Assembly: GCA_958295925.1 (NCBI GenBank)
Contig: CATQHL010000001.1
Location: 755,931 to 819,930 of the forward strand
Reading direction: 5' to 3'
Source of the DNA: an uncultured Acidimicrobiales bacterium
GTDB lineage: Bacteria; Actinomycetota; Acidimicrobiia; Acidimicrobiales; CATQHL01
Length of the DNA stretch: 64,000 nucleotides
This document shows, piece by piece, positions 52,116 through 63,155 of the stretch (positions within the stretch are counted from its first letter, which is position 1; each line of letters opens with the position of its first letter). Position numbers and translations under genes: made by a program. Below the pieces are notes generated by a model, which was not told the origin of the DNA, did not search any database, and saw only the letters and a list, made by a program, of their open reading frames with translations.

Positions 52116-53381
52116 ATGAAAAAGATTGTGAGAGTGCTCGCACTCTTATTTGTATTTGCATTGATTGCTTCCGCCTGTGCCAGCGACGACAGCTCCGAAA
52201 CAGCGGAGGCCCTGTCTCAGGCCCAGGCCGATGCAGCTGCTGCGCGCGCCGAACTCGAGCAGTTACGGGCTGAGGCCGATGCAGCTGCTGAACAGGAGCG
52301 CCAGGAAGCGGAAGCGGCGCGCCAGAGGGCGGATGAGCTCGAAGCCGAAGCCGAAGCGCTAAGAGCCACGGCCGCCGACTCTGAAGAAGCCGCAGCGGCA
52401 TTGGCCAAAGCCGAGGAAGATGCCCAGCAAGCTCGCGACGAGGCTGAAAGGGCGCGTGCGGACGCCATAGCTGCTCAAGCCGAGGCGGATGCCGCCAAAG
52501 AGCGCCCCCGCTACAAGGTGGGCTATATCTCGCTCGGCGACCTGGTGCCATTCGTCAAGCTCGTTTCAGACGGCATCAAGGAAGAGGCCGAGAAGTTCGG
52601 GATAGAGCTTCTGTTCTGCGACTCCGAAGTCGACGCCGGAAAGGCCCTCGAGTGCGCACAGAACTTCGAGGTGCAGGGCATTCAAGGTCTGCTCAACTTC
52701 CAGGTCTTCCAGGCCTCCTCCCCGGAGATATGCGCGGCGCTGCCCGAGGGCATTCCCGTGATTGCAATCGACATCATTCAGCCGCCGTGTCAGATCTCGT
52801 TCATGGGTGCCAACAACCGCTACGCCGGATACCTCGGCGGCGCCGCCATGGGCGCGTATTTCAAGGACAACTTCAACTGCGATTACACCGCATACGTCTC
52901 ACTGGAGTCCACCGCTGCGGGAGCCGCCAACCGCGATCGCATGGGCGGATACCGGGAGGGCTTTACGGAGCACTGCCCGATTATCAACGAACGGGTGATG
53001 GACGGCGCAGACCGCACTGACCCCGCTCTTGAACAGCTCACCGACCTGCTTCCCTCGCTGCCAGGTGAGCGCATTGCGGTTGTCGCCATCAACGAAGACG
53101 GCATTATCGGGGCCATGGCCGCTGCCCGCGCCCTCGGACGCGATAACGACCTCTACTACTCCGGGCAGGGAACCGACCCCAGCATTTGGTGCGACGTGAA
53201 GAACAACCCGAACTACATCACCTCGGTGGCTTATTTCCCCGAGCGCTACGGCACGATTCTGATCCCGGCGATCATCGACGCCATTGAAGGCACCACGATT
53301 GCCGGACAGCTTTTCACGCCGCACGTTCTGATCACCTCCGAGAACATCGACGAGTACTACACAGTATCTGACTGCGAATAA
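52116..53381 (+). CDS. sugar ABC transporter substrate-binding lipoprotein with a ~100-aa Ala/Glu-rich helical spacer
   Basis: Signal 'LALLFVFALIASAC', an EA-rich stretch over aa ~28-129, then a PBP type-1 domain 'YKVGYISLGDLVPFVKLVSDGIKEEAEKFGIELLFCDSEVDAGKALE'. Confidence 0.8.
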   Translation: MKKIVRVLALLFVFALIASACASDDSSETAEALSQAQADAAAARAELEQLRAEADAAAEQERQEAEAARQRADELEAEAEALRATAADSEEAAAALAKAEEDAQQARDEAERARADAIAAQAEADAAKERPRYKVGYISLGDLVPFVKLVSDGIKEEAEKFGIELLFCDSEVDAGKALECAQNFEVQGIQGLLNFQVFQASSPEICAALPEGIPVIAIDIIQPPCQISFMGANNRYAGYLGGAAMGAYFKDNFNCDYTAYVSLESTAAGAANRDRMGGYREGFTEHCPIINERVMDGADRTDPALEQLTDLLPSLPGERIAVVAINEDGIIGAMAAARALGRDNDLYYSGQGTDPSIWCDVKNNPNYITSVAYFPERYGTILIPAIIDAIEGTTIAGQLFTPHVLITSENIDEYYTVSDCE

Positions 53382-53408
53382 TCAGCGGAAACTCCGAGAG
53401 AGAATCGG

Positions 53409-54908
<1,500 letters not shown>

Positions 54909-54948
54909 AACCTCTTCAGCGAACACCCCTGCGTTCAAGGAGAACAAT

Positions 54949-56016
54949 GTGTCCAAAGACGTGACAGAGCACAGCGAAGACGCCTCAGAGTCGCCGGAAG
55001 CCGAAGCGGGCAAGAGTCTCGTAGCAAGGATCATGAGCACCCCCCCAAGACTGGGGACGGTTCCCGAGTCGGCTGCGCTGATCATCATGTTGGCTGCGAT
55101 GATCATCTTCTTCGGCACCCAGGCCGACTATTTTTTTTCCTACGACAACTTCGTCAACATCCTTCAAATAATCGCCCCCGTAGGCATCATTGCCATGCCT
55201 GCCACCCTGCTGCTCGTGGCAGGGCAAGTCGACCTCTCCGTTGGATCGGCCGCTGGGTTAGTGGGAATGATGATGGCAATAGCACAGACCGCCACCGATC
55301 ACCTAGTCACCTCGTATGGAATGGGGCTGGGGCTCATAGGGGCCATCTTCGTCGGGATCGCCACCATGCTCGTCGTAGGCGCTGTGAACAGCTTCTTCAT
55401 TACCGGCCTTGGATTGAATTCCATCATCACGACCCTGGGAACCCTTGCCGTATTTCGCGGGCTCACAAGGGTTCTCGGCGAAGGCCAGACGGTCCGAATG
55501 AACAAGTTCGGGGGGCTTGGGGGTTCGCGCCCGTTCTGGAACATCCCCCTGGGGGTGATAATTTTCGCCGGAGTAGTCCTTCTCTTCGTCCTGATCCTTC
55601 GCTACACCGTCTACGGGCGGGCCATGTACGCCATAGGCGCCAGCCCGGAGGCGGCCAGGCTCTCAGGGATTCGAGTGCGTCGTTACATCACGTACGGATT
55701 TTTCCTGTCGGGGATCATGGTCGGTCTTGCCGCGATGATTCGACTCTCACAGATCGGCTCCCAGTCGATAAACACCGGTTTGGGGTGGGAGCTTGAGGTG
55801 CTGACGGCGGTGATCCTGGGCGGGGCCAGCCTTACGGGAGGTCGGGGAACCATTCTCGGGACAGTGCTGGCCCTGCTGGTGCTCGGTGTGCTGCGCAACG
55901 GCCTCATCCAGATGAACATCCACGCCTTCTGGGTCGAAGTTGCAAGGGGGGTTATGCTGCTCGTCGCAGTGACGGTGGACCGGATAAGGGTTCGGTTCAC
56001 CAGCGTAGACACCTGA
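54949..56016 (+). CDS. sugar ABC transporter permease (RbsC/AraH-like)
   Basis: ~10 hydrophobic segments and 'DLSVGS' typical of this permease family. GTG start after AAGGAG. Confidence 0.85.
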   Translation: MSKDVTEHSEDASESPEAEAGKSLVARIMSTPPRLGTVPESAALIIMLAAMIIFFGTQADYFFSYDNFVNILQIIAPVGIIAMPATLLLVAGQVDLSVGSAAGLVGMMMAIAQTATDHLVTSYGMGLGLIGAIFVGIATMLVVGAVNSFFITGLGLNSIITTLGTLAVFRGLTRVLGEGQTVRMNKFGGLGGSRPFWNIPLGVIIFAGVVLLFVLILRYTVYGRAMYAIGASPEAARLSGIRVRRYITYGFFLSGIMVGLAAMIRLSQIGSQSINTGLGWELEVLTAVILGGASLTGGRGTILGTVLALLVLGVLRNGLIQMNIHAFWVEVARGVMLLVAVTVDRIRVRFTSVDT

Positions 56017-56129
56017 GGACGAACTCAGTAGCGAACTTCCGGCACAGCTCAAAAACCACAGCCAAGAACACAACTAACGGCTTCGCAACACAGGGACGCC
56101 TCGTGAGGACAACATCAAAGGAGGACAAG

Positions 56130-57017
56130 ATGAGCGAGGAACTGGCCTTCGTAGACAGTCACGTGCACTACTGGGACCGCCCGCACCCCACCCTGAACTG
56201 GGTGTGGCTGGCGGACGACTTCGTGCACCCCCAACTCGGGGACACCAGGCTTCTCAAAGACCTCAAGCGCTACGCACCCGAGGAGTACATGGCCGACATC
56301 GAGGGCAGCAACGTCACCAAGTGCGTGCATGTGCAGGCGGCTATCGGAAGCGAAGACCCTGTGGAGGAGACCAAGTGGCTCTCCGAGTTGGCGGATAGGA
56401 CGGGATGGCCGCACGGCATAACCGGGGACGCACGCTTGCAGAACCCCGACGTTGAGGCAACCCTTGAGCGCCACTGCGAGTATCCGCTGATGCGCGGCAT
56501 CAGAGACTTCGCCATGGGCGACTACCTGACAGACCCGGACTTCCACCGTGGATACGCACTGCTGGAGAAGTACAACCTCGTCTACGACCTCGATTGCACG
56601 TGGGAGGACATGGGCAAGGCAGGGGCGCTGGCCAAGAAATTCCCTGGAATCACGATGATCCTGGATCACGCCGGCTTCCCGCAGGCCCGCGACGACGACT
56701 ACTTTGCCAACTGGCGCAAGGGAATGGCGCAGATAGCCGAGGCGCCGAACGTGGTGATCAAGATCTCCGGCCTAGGCATGGGCGAGCAGATAGTGGGATC
56801 AAACTGGACAACCGAGTCCATCCGAGCTTGGGTGCTGGGTTGCATTGAGGCTTTCGGGGTGGAGCGCTCCTTCTTCGGAACCAACTGGCCAGTGGACAAG
56901 ATGTACTCCGACTACCCCACCCTGATAATGGCATACCGGGAGATAATCGCCGACTTCAGCTTGGACGAGCGCAGGGCGATGCTCTCTGAGAACGCCGAAA
57001 GGGTCTACAACATCTAG
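56130..57017 (+). CDS. amidohydrolase-2 family enzyme (sugar lactonase-like)
   Basis: 'FVDSHVHYWD' and 'MILDHAGFP'. AAAGGAGG before ATG 56130. Located in a deoxy-sugar cluster with rhaM. Confidence 0.75.
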   Translation: MSEELAFVDSHVHYWDRPHPTLNWVWLADDFVHPQLGDTRLLKDLKRYAPEEYMADIEGSNVTKCVHVQAAIGSEDPVEETKWLSELADRTGWPHGITGDARLQNPDVEATLERHCEYPLMRGIRDFAMGDYLTDPDFHRGYALLEKYNLVYDLDCTWEDMGKAGALAKKFPGITMILDHAGFPQARDDDYFANWRKGMAQIAEAPNVVIKISGLGMGEQIVGSNWTTESIRAWVLGCIEAFGVERSFFGTNWPVDKMYSDYPTLIMAYREIIADFSLDERRAMLSENAERVYNI

Positions 57018-57061
57018 CAGAGCGGCTCTCTGGGGGCGGCGCCTCCGTCTTCTCGCAGGAA

Positions 57062-58054
57062 ATGCGGCAGATGCGCATCTGCGTTGTGGGGGCCGGGGCC
57101 ATCGGGGGGCTACTCGCCTGCAGGCTCTCCCTGGCCGGCCAGGAGGTGAGCGTGCTCGCACGCGGCGAAAACCTCGAAGCCATCCGAGCCGACGGGATCC
57201 GGGTGATAGAGATCGACGGGTCGGAGTCGGTGGCAGCCGATGTTGTTGCCTCAAACAGCCTCGCCGAACTCGGTCGCCAAGATGTCGTCCTCGTGGCCCT
57301 CAAGGCGCATCAGATCGTGAAGGTTGCCGACGAACTGCAAAGCGTCTACAACCCCGACACCGTGGTGGTGACGCTTCAGAACGGCATTCCCTGGTGGTAC
57401 TTCCAGCTTCACGGAGGCGAGCACGACGGGCGCAGCCTTCCCCGGCTGGATCCCGACGGCACCCTGGCTGCCGCCATCCCAGCGGAGCGCATAGTGGGAT
57501 GCATCGCCTACCCGTCGGCCGTCAAGTCCGCACCGGGCGTCGTCACCCACTTCTACGGCGACCGTTTCCCGCTAGGGGAACTCGACGGGGGCACGGAGCG
57601 GGCCAGGCCGATTGCGGCGGCGTTCAAGGAGGCGGGCTTCAGGTCGCGGGTGCTCAAAGACATCCGCTCACACATCTGGGTGAAGGCCTACGGCAACCTT
57701 GCTTTCAACCCCATCAGCGTCCTCACCGGCGCCACCCTTGTGGAACTCTGCACGACTCCCGCAACCCGGAAACTGGCAGCATCGATGATGGGCGAGGCCG
57801 AGGAGATAGCGGAGGCGCTCGGAAGAAGAATGAGACTCAACATCGAACAGCGGATAGACGGCACTGAGCAAGTGGGCCACCACAAGACCTCAATGCTCCA
57901 GGACGCTGAAGCCGGGCGGGAGTTGGAACTCGAGCCCATCATTGGCGTGTTCCTTGACCTGGCCGAGATTGCGGGGGTTGAGGCACCGACGATCTCAGCT
58001 GTGTACGCGCTCACGGCGATGCTCAACGCCCGCATCATCGAAGGATCATCCTGA
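57062..58054 (+). CDS. 2-dehydropantoate 2-reductase (ApbA/PanE) family oxidoreductase
   Basis: 'MRICVVGAGAIGGLLA' is the Rossmann motif, with 'KTSMLQD' in the C-terminal domain. Confidence 0.8.
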   Translation: MRQMRICVVGAGAIGGLLACRLSLAGQEVSVLARGENLEAIRADGIRVIEIDGSESVAADVVASNSLAELGRQDVVLVALKAHQIVKVADELQSVYNPDTVVVTLQNGIPWWYFQLHGGEHDGRSLPRLDPDGTLAAAIPAERIVGCIAYPSAVKSAPGVVTHFYGDRFPLGELDGGTERARPIAAAFKEAGFRSRVLKDIRSHIWVKAYGNLAFNPISVLTGATLVELCTTPATRKLAASMMGEAEEIAEALGRRMRLNIEQRIDGTEQVGHHKTSMLQDAEAGRELELEPIIGVFLDLAEIAGVEAPTISAVYALTAMLNARIIEGSS

Positions 58055-58117
58055 CCGGCCCGCCAAGCGGCAGCGGAGGGATCGCATAGGACGCCCTGGC
58101 AATCAAGGCAGCGAACC

Positions 58118-59641
58118 TTGAGCGCCCAGACGCTGTGCGAACTTCTTGAGGCTGGCGACCCGGAGGCTGCGGCCCTCGTATGCCCTGACGGGCAGGTCAT
58201 GTCTCACGCCCAGCTGCGGGCCGAGGTTAAGCGCCTCTCCGGGCAACTCCGAACTCTTGGGGTCGGCCCGGGCGACCGCATTGCGGTGGTGCTGCCAAAC
58301 GGGGCTGAGATGGCCATTGCGTTCCTTGCTGCGGCCTCCGCGGGGTGCGCCGCCCCCCTCAACCCCCGCTACCGCGAAGGGGAGTTCCGCTTCTACATGA
58401 AAGACCTCAGGACAAGGGTGCTCCTTACCGCTCCCGGCCACTCGCCCGAAGCACGATCGGCTGCAGGCGACGCAGTCGTAGCCGACCTGGCGGGTTCGCC
58501 GGGGAATCTGCATCTTGAGACAAATGGCGCAGCCAGCCCTGGCCCTGGCCCTGGTGAACCCGCGCCCGCCGCCCCGGCCCCTGACGATGCCGCCCTGGTG
58601 CTTCACACTTCCGGCACCACCTCCCGCCCCAAAATCGTGCCCATCCGGCATCGCAGCCTGGCGCTCTCCGCCGCAAACATCGCCGAGTCCCTGCGGCTCA
58701 GCCCCAATGACCGATCACTCAACGTGATGCCGCTCTTTCACATTCACGGCCTGCTCGCAGGGTTGCTGGCACCGCTCTCTGTGGGAGGCTCAGTGGCCGC
58801 CAGCACCGGCTTCGACGCCTTCAGCTTCTTCAAGCAGCTAGCGGAGTTCCGCCCCACCTACTACACGGCTGTGCCCACCATGCATCAGATGATCATCTCC
58901 CGGTCCGAACGCCATCGCAGCGAAGCCCGATCAGCCCGCCTTCGCTTCGTGCGCTCCTCGTCGGCGTCTTTGCCCGGCCCGGTGATGTCCCGGCTGTCAG
59001 ACATCTTCGACGCACCCGTGATCGAAGCCTACGGAATGACCGAGGCCACCCACCAGATGTGTTCCAACCCGCTGCCACCAGCCCCGGCAAAGGCGCGCTC
59101 GGTGGGACTGCCTACCGGCATCGACCTCGCTGTCCTCGATGAGCGGGGCCGCCCACTACCCGCGGGGGAGCGCGGCGAGGTTTGCATTCGGGGTGCGACG
59201 GTAATTGATGGCTACGAGAACAACCCGGGGGCAAACGAGGCGGCGTTTACGGGCTGCTGGTTCCGAACCGGGGACGAGGGGCGGATAGACGAGGACGGCT
59301 ACCTGTTTCTGACAGGCCGGCTGAAGGAGCAGATCAACCGGGGGGGCGAAAAGATCTCACCGCTTGAGGTGGACGAGGCCCTGCTAGGCCACGCCTCGGT
59401 GGACGAGGCGGTGACCTTCGCCATGCCACACGACAAACTGGGCGAAGAGGTCGCCGCCGCCGTTGTGCTCGCAGCAGGCGCCGTGATCACCGAGCGTGAG
59501 CTGAAAGACCGCCTGTCGGCCTCGATAGCCGCATTCAAAGTCCCCAGGAAAATCGTCTTTCTGGAATCGCTGCCAAAGGGCCCCACTGGCAAACTCCAGC
59601 GCATAGGCCTTGCGGAGCGCCTGGGGCTCACGCCCCGCTAG
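58118..59641 (+). CDS. AMP-dependent acyl-CoA synthetase
   Basis: 'VLHTSGTTSRPKIVPIRH', 'YGMTE', 'WFRTGDEGRIDEDGYLFLTGRLKEQINRGGEKI' and 'PKGPTGKLQR'. Confidence 0.88.
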   Translation: MSAQTLCELLEAGDPEAAALVCPDGQVMSHAQLRAEVKRLSGQLRTLGVGPGDRIAVVLPNGAEMAIAFLAAASAGCAAPLNPRYREGEFRFYMKDLRTRVLLTAPGHSPEARSAAGDAVVADLAGSPGNLHLETNGAASPGPGPGEPAPAAPAPDDAALVLHTSGTTSRPKIVPIRHRSLALSAANIAESLRLSPNDRSLNVMPLFHIHGLLAGLLAPLSVGGSVAASTGFDAFSFFKQLAEFRPTYYTAVPTMHQMIISRSERHRSEARSARLRFVRSSSASLPGPVMSRLSDIFDAPVIEAYGMTEATHQMCSNPLPPAPAKARSVGLPTGIDLAVLDERGRPLPAGERGEVCIRGATVIDGYENNPGANEAAFTGCWFRTGDEGRIDEDGYLFLTGRLKEQINRGGEKISPLEVDEALLGHASVDEAVTFAMPHDKLGEEVAAAVVLAAGAVITERELKDRLSASIAAFKVPRKIVFLESLPKGPTGKLQRIGLAERLGLTPR

Positions 59642-60744
59642 CGGTCCTGGCGGTAGCGATCGATGTAGTCGGCGTCCAGCTCCACGCCCCAGCCAGGGCC
59701 TGTGGGCAGCGAATAAGTGCCATCAACGATGGGCGGACGGTTGGCCACCAGCCCCCAAAAAAGCGGATCCCGATCTGGGTGAAAGACTTCCACGTATGTT
59801 CCGTGCGGAACCGACGCCAGCATGTGCGCAGCTATCTGCGGCTCCTCGTGGTGCGCCATCTCCACGCCGTAGACAGCCGCCATGCCGGCAACCCTCCGCC
59901 ACTCGGTGGGGCCGCCTCCCCAGGATGCGTCGAAATTGCACACGTCGATGGCTCCTGAAGCCATCAGTTCGCCTGCCCCCTTGCGGCTGAGCTCGCTCTG
60001 TCCAGCAGCCACCGGCACGCCCGCCTTCAGCCGAACGTCGCGCAGCCAGCGTGTGTCGTTGTACCAGTGCACCGGCTCCTCGAACCAGCGCAGGCTCTCC
60101 GCCCCCACCAGGCGCACGAACTCAAGAGCCTCTGCGGGGGTGTAGCCCACGTTGGCGTCGGCCATCAGCACGAAACCCTCTCCGCCTGCTGCCTGCATGG
60201 CCTTGAACCTCCTGGCGTCCTCCTCCGGCGACCTGCCGCCCACTTTCGTCTTGCAGCCGGCCAGGCCCATCTCCAGGTAGTCCTCCATCTCGGCGGCCAA
60301 TTCCTGGTCAGTCCTGCCGTAGTAGCCGCCTATGGCGACTACGGGCATCGTCTCCCGGTAACCCCCCCAGAGTTTGTAGACGGGCAGGCCTGCGGACTTG
60401 CCAACAACGTCCCAGAGCGCGCTGTCAACGCACGCCATCGCCATTATCACGAGCTTGCGATCGCGCAGGATGTCGAAGGTGAGTATCTGCATTTTCTCCC
60501 AGCAGCGCTCCACCAGCAGCGGGTCCTCACCGACGAGCATCGGCTGGAGTTCCTCTGTGATGATCTTGGCGATCTCGTGCTGGGTGTGAACCTCGTCGCC
60601 ATTGTAAATTTCGCCGACGATTCCGCAGTCGGTAAAAATGCGGGTGATCAGCGTCGCTCGTTCCGACATCGAGTACTTGGACCCCCAGAAGGTCTGAGCA
60701 AGGGGTACCTCGATGGGGATCACCTCGATGCGTTCGATTTTCAT
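59638..60744 (-). CDS. enolase-superfamily (mandelate racemase/muconate lactonizing) enzyme
   Basis: 'MKIERIEVIPIEVPL', 'CKTKVGG' (KxK), 'LMADANVGY' and 'WFEEPV' are the metal-ligand motifs. Confidence 0.85.
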   Translation of the reverse strand: MKIERIEVIPIEVPLAQTFWGSKYSMSERATLITRIFTDCGIVGEIYNGDEVHTQHEIAKIITEELQPMLVGEDPLLVERCWEKMQILTFDILRDRKLVIMAMACVDSALWDVVGKSAGLPVYKLWGGYRETMPVVAIGGYYGRTDQELAAEMEDYLEMGLAGCKTKVGGRSPEEDARRFKAMQAAGGEGFVLMADANVGYTPAEALEFVRLVGAESLRWFEEPVHWYNDTRWLRDVRLKAGVPVAAGQSELSRKGAGELMASGAIDVCNFDASWGGGPTEWRRVAGMAAVYGVEMAHHEEPQIAAHMLASVPHGTYVEVFHPDRDPLFWGLVANRPPIVDGTYSLPTGPGWGVELDADYIDRYRQDR

Positions 60745-60751
60745 ACGACGA

Positions 60752-60991
60752 CTACCCCGAGTCGATGACGCAAAGCGCCGCTCCTACCGCCACCTCGTCG
60801 TCCACAGCCACCCGTAACTCGGCTACGACTCCGCCCACCGGGGCAGGCACGTCGGCTTCCACCTTGTCTGTCTCCACACGCATGAGAGCATCACCAGCCG
60901 CAACGTTGTCGCCGACGGCCACGTTCCACTCCAGCACGAGAACCTCCTCTGCGGTGTCCCCCAGCTTGGGGAGCTTAATGATGTGTCGCAT
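60752..60991 (-). CDS. stand-alone lipoyl/biotinyl attachment domain protein (79 aa)
   Basis: 'KLPKLGDTAEEVLVLEWNV..GDALMRVETDKVEADVPAPVGGVV' has the lipoyl-lysine motif ETDK. No E2 catalytic or peripheral subunit-binding domain follows. Confidence 0.8.
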   Translation of the reverse strand: MRHIIKLPKLGDTAEEVLVLEWNVAVGDNVAAGDALMRVETDKVEADVPAPVGGVVAELRVAVDDEVAVGAALCVIDSG

Positions 60992-61002
60992 CCCCTGTCC
61001 CC

Positions 61003-61980
61003 CTAGACGTTGGCGAACATGGTCGCGATTCCTGCACTGGGGCTGTCCTGCGCCACTGCCGCCGCCTCGTCCACCGCCCGCTGGGCATCGGCGGCAATCT
61101 CTTCGATCTCAGCCTCGGTGAGAAGCCCCTCGGCCACGAGGCGTGCCCCGAAAATGTTGATCGGGTCTCTATTGAGCCATTCATCGAGCTCCCCCTCCGG
61201 GCGGTACGCGGCGGTGTCGGAACGTGAGTGGCCCGAGTATCGGTAGGTCTTTATCTCGAGGAGGGTAGGCCCTTCACCCGCCCGCGCCCGCAAAGCGGCC
61301 CGCTCCACCGCATCAACCACCAGGTCGAGGTCTTGCCCGTCCACCACTTCACCGGGGATATTGAAGGAGATGGCCCTGTCCGCCAGGTTCTCAATCGGGG
61401 TGGTGAGGTTAATGCGGGAGTACTCGCCGTAGTGGTTGTTCTCGCAAATGAAGATCACGGGCAGCTTCCAGATCGCGGCCAGATTGATGCCCTCATGAAA
61501 AGCACCGATGTTGGCGGCCCCGTCGCCGAAGATTGACGCAGCCACGTCGTCGGTCCCGCGCACCTGCGCGGTCAGGGCCGCCCCGGCAGCCACCGGGATG
61601 CCCGCCCCCACGATGGCCATGGTGGGCATCAGCCCGACGGAGGTGTCGCAGAGGTGCATTGAGCCGCCGACGCCGCCGATGGAGCCGACCTCCTTGCCCA
61701 TGATCTCGCCGAGAACCGACAGCGGGGTGAGCCCGAGCGCCAGCGCCGCTCCGTGCCCCCGGTAGGTGCAGCACACCGTGTCCGTGGGTCGCAGTGCGAC
61801 AGCCACCCCCACCGAGACCGCCTCCTGGCCCTGGCAAGTGTGCGTCGTGCCGCGCACCAGACCCTCGGCGAAGAGGGCTCGCACCGCGTCCTCGAGGACG
61901 CGTATCTCAACCATTCGCTCATAGCGGGCCCGGCGGCTGCTTCTAATCGCCTCGCGGCGCTCCAGTGATTCGCTGCTCAT
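61003..61980 (-). CDS. TPP-dependent 2-oxoacid/acetoin dehydrogenase E1 alpha subunit
   Basis: 'GDGAANIGAFHEGINLAAIWKLPVIFICENNHYGE' is the TPP motif. ATG 61980 overlaps the E1-beta stop (ATGA). Confidence 0.88.
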   Translation of the reverse strand: MSSESLERREAIRSSRRARYERMVEIRVLEDAVRALFAEGLVRGTTHTCQGQEAVSVGVAVALRPTDTVCCTYRGHGAALALGLTPLSVLGEIMGKEVGSIGGVGGSMHLCDTSVGLMPTMAIVGAGIPVAAGAALTAQVRGTDDVAASIFGDGAANIGAFHEGINLAAIWKLPVIFICENNHYGEYSRINLTTPIENLADRAISFNIPGEVVDGQDLDLVVDAVERAALRARAGEGPTLLEIKTYRYSGHSRSDTAAYRPEGELDEWLNRDPINIFGARLVAEGLLTEAEIEEIAADAQRAVDEAAAVAQDSPSAGIATMFANV

Positions 61981-62996
61981 GCTGCTGCTCCTTCGCTTTC
62001 CCACCAGTGGGCGGGCACTTCGCCCGTCTCAAGCAGTGCAGAGATCTGCTTGGCTATGTAGGCGGCCCCTGGCCGATACAGGTCTTCAAGTTCCTTGACG
62101 AAAGGCACGTGCGTGTCCGGCGAGGTGATTCGCAGCGGGGGCGCCTTCAGTTCGCCAAAGAGGTCGGCCACCACCCTTGAGGTGACGTGTGCGCCCCATC
62201 CGCCGGCCAGAGGGCCCTCCTCGACCGTCGCCAGCCGCCCGGTGCGGGCAACCGAGCGCAGGACGGCCTCGGTATCCCAGGGCTGCAGACTCTGCAGGTC
62301 AATAACGTCCGCGCTCCAACCCTCAGCTGAGGCGACCGCCTCCAGCGATGCCCAGACGGTTGAACCCAACGCCAAGATGGTTATGTCGTCGCCTTCCACC
62401 CGCTTGAAGGCCTTGCCCAGGGAGATAATGCCGTCCTCGCCTGTGCGAACCTCCTTCCGCATTGCGTAGAGGGGACGAGGCTCCAGCACCACGACGGGTC
62501 CGTCGTCGCGAATTGCAGACCGCATCAGTCCGTAGGCGTTGCCTGGCCCTGACGTCACGGCCAGCTTAAGCCCGGGATTTCCGATTAGCCAGGAGTCCAG
62601 CATCTGCGAGTGTTGACATCCGAAGCCCAGGCCGGCGCCGGCCGAGGCTCGAACCACAATCGGGCAGGAGACCTTGCCTCCTGAGAGGTAGTTGAACTTG
62701 GCTGCCTCGGTCACCACCTGATCAAGGGCCACCCCTATGAACTCGATGAACATAATCTCTGCCACCGGCCGAAGCCCGGTTGCGGCGGCGCCCACCGCAG
62801 CGCCCAGAAAGCCCATCTCGGAGATCGGAGTGTCGCGCACCCGCAGGGGCCCGAACTCCTCCAACAGGCCGTCGGAGGTCTTAAAGGGGCCACCCGCCAC
62901 CGCCACGTCCTCGCCGAAGACCACCACGTCAGGGTTTTCCCTCATCTCATCCGCAATGGCCGCGGTGATTGCCTGGTTCATTCGCATTCGTGGCAT
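61977..62996 (-). CDS. 2-oxoacid/acetoin dehydrogenase E1 beta subunit
   Basis: 'VVVFGEDVAVAGGPFKTSDGL' and 'RDTPISEMGFLGAAVGAA'. Confidence 0.88.
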   Translation of the reverse strand: MPRMRMNQAITAAIADEMRENPDVVVFGEDVAVAGGPFKTSDGLLEEFGPLRVRDTPISEMGFLGAAVGAAATGLRPVAEIMFIEFIGVALDQVVTEAAKFNYLSGGKVSCPIVVRASAGAGLGFGCQHSQMLDSWLIGNPGLKLAVTSGPGNAYGLMRSAIRDDGPVVVLEPRPLYAMRKEVRTGEDGIISLGKAFKRVEGDDITILALGSTVWASLEAVASAEGWSADVIDLQSLQPWDTEAVLRSVARTGRLATVEEGPLAGGWGAHVTSRVVADLFGELKAPPLRITSPDTHVPFVKELEDLYRPGAAYIAKQISALLETGEVPAHWWESEGAAA

Positions 62997-63155
62997 GTGT
63001 CTCTCCTTGGGTTTCCTTGAAGGTTCCCCGTCCTCGCTTGGACCTGTCTGTTTCTTAAATTATCTGTGAAGGGGGCTGACTGCGAAAGGATTGCCACTCT
63101 GCCCGCTTCGCAGGCTAGCCAACAAGTGGGTTACTCATTGTGTCCGGCATCGCGC

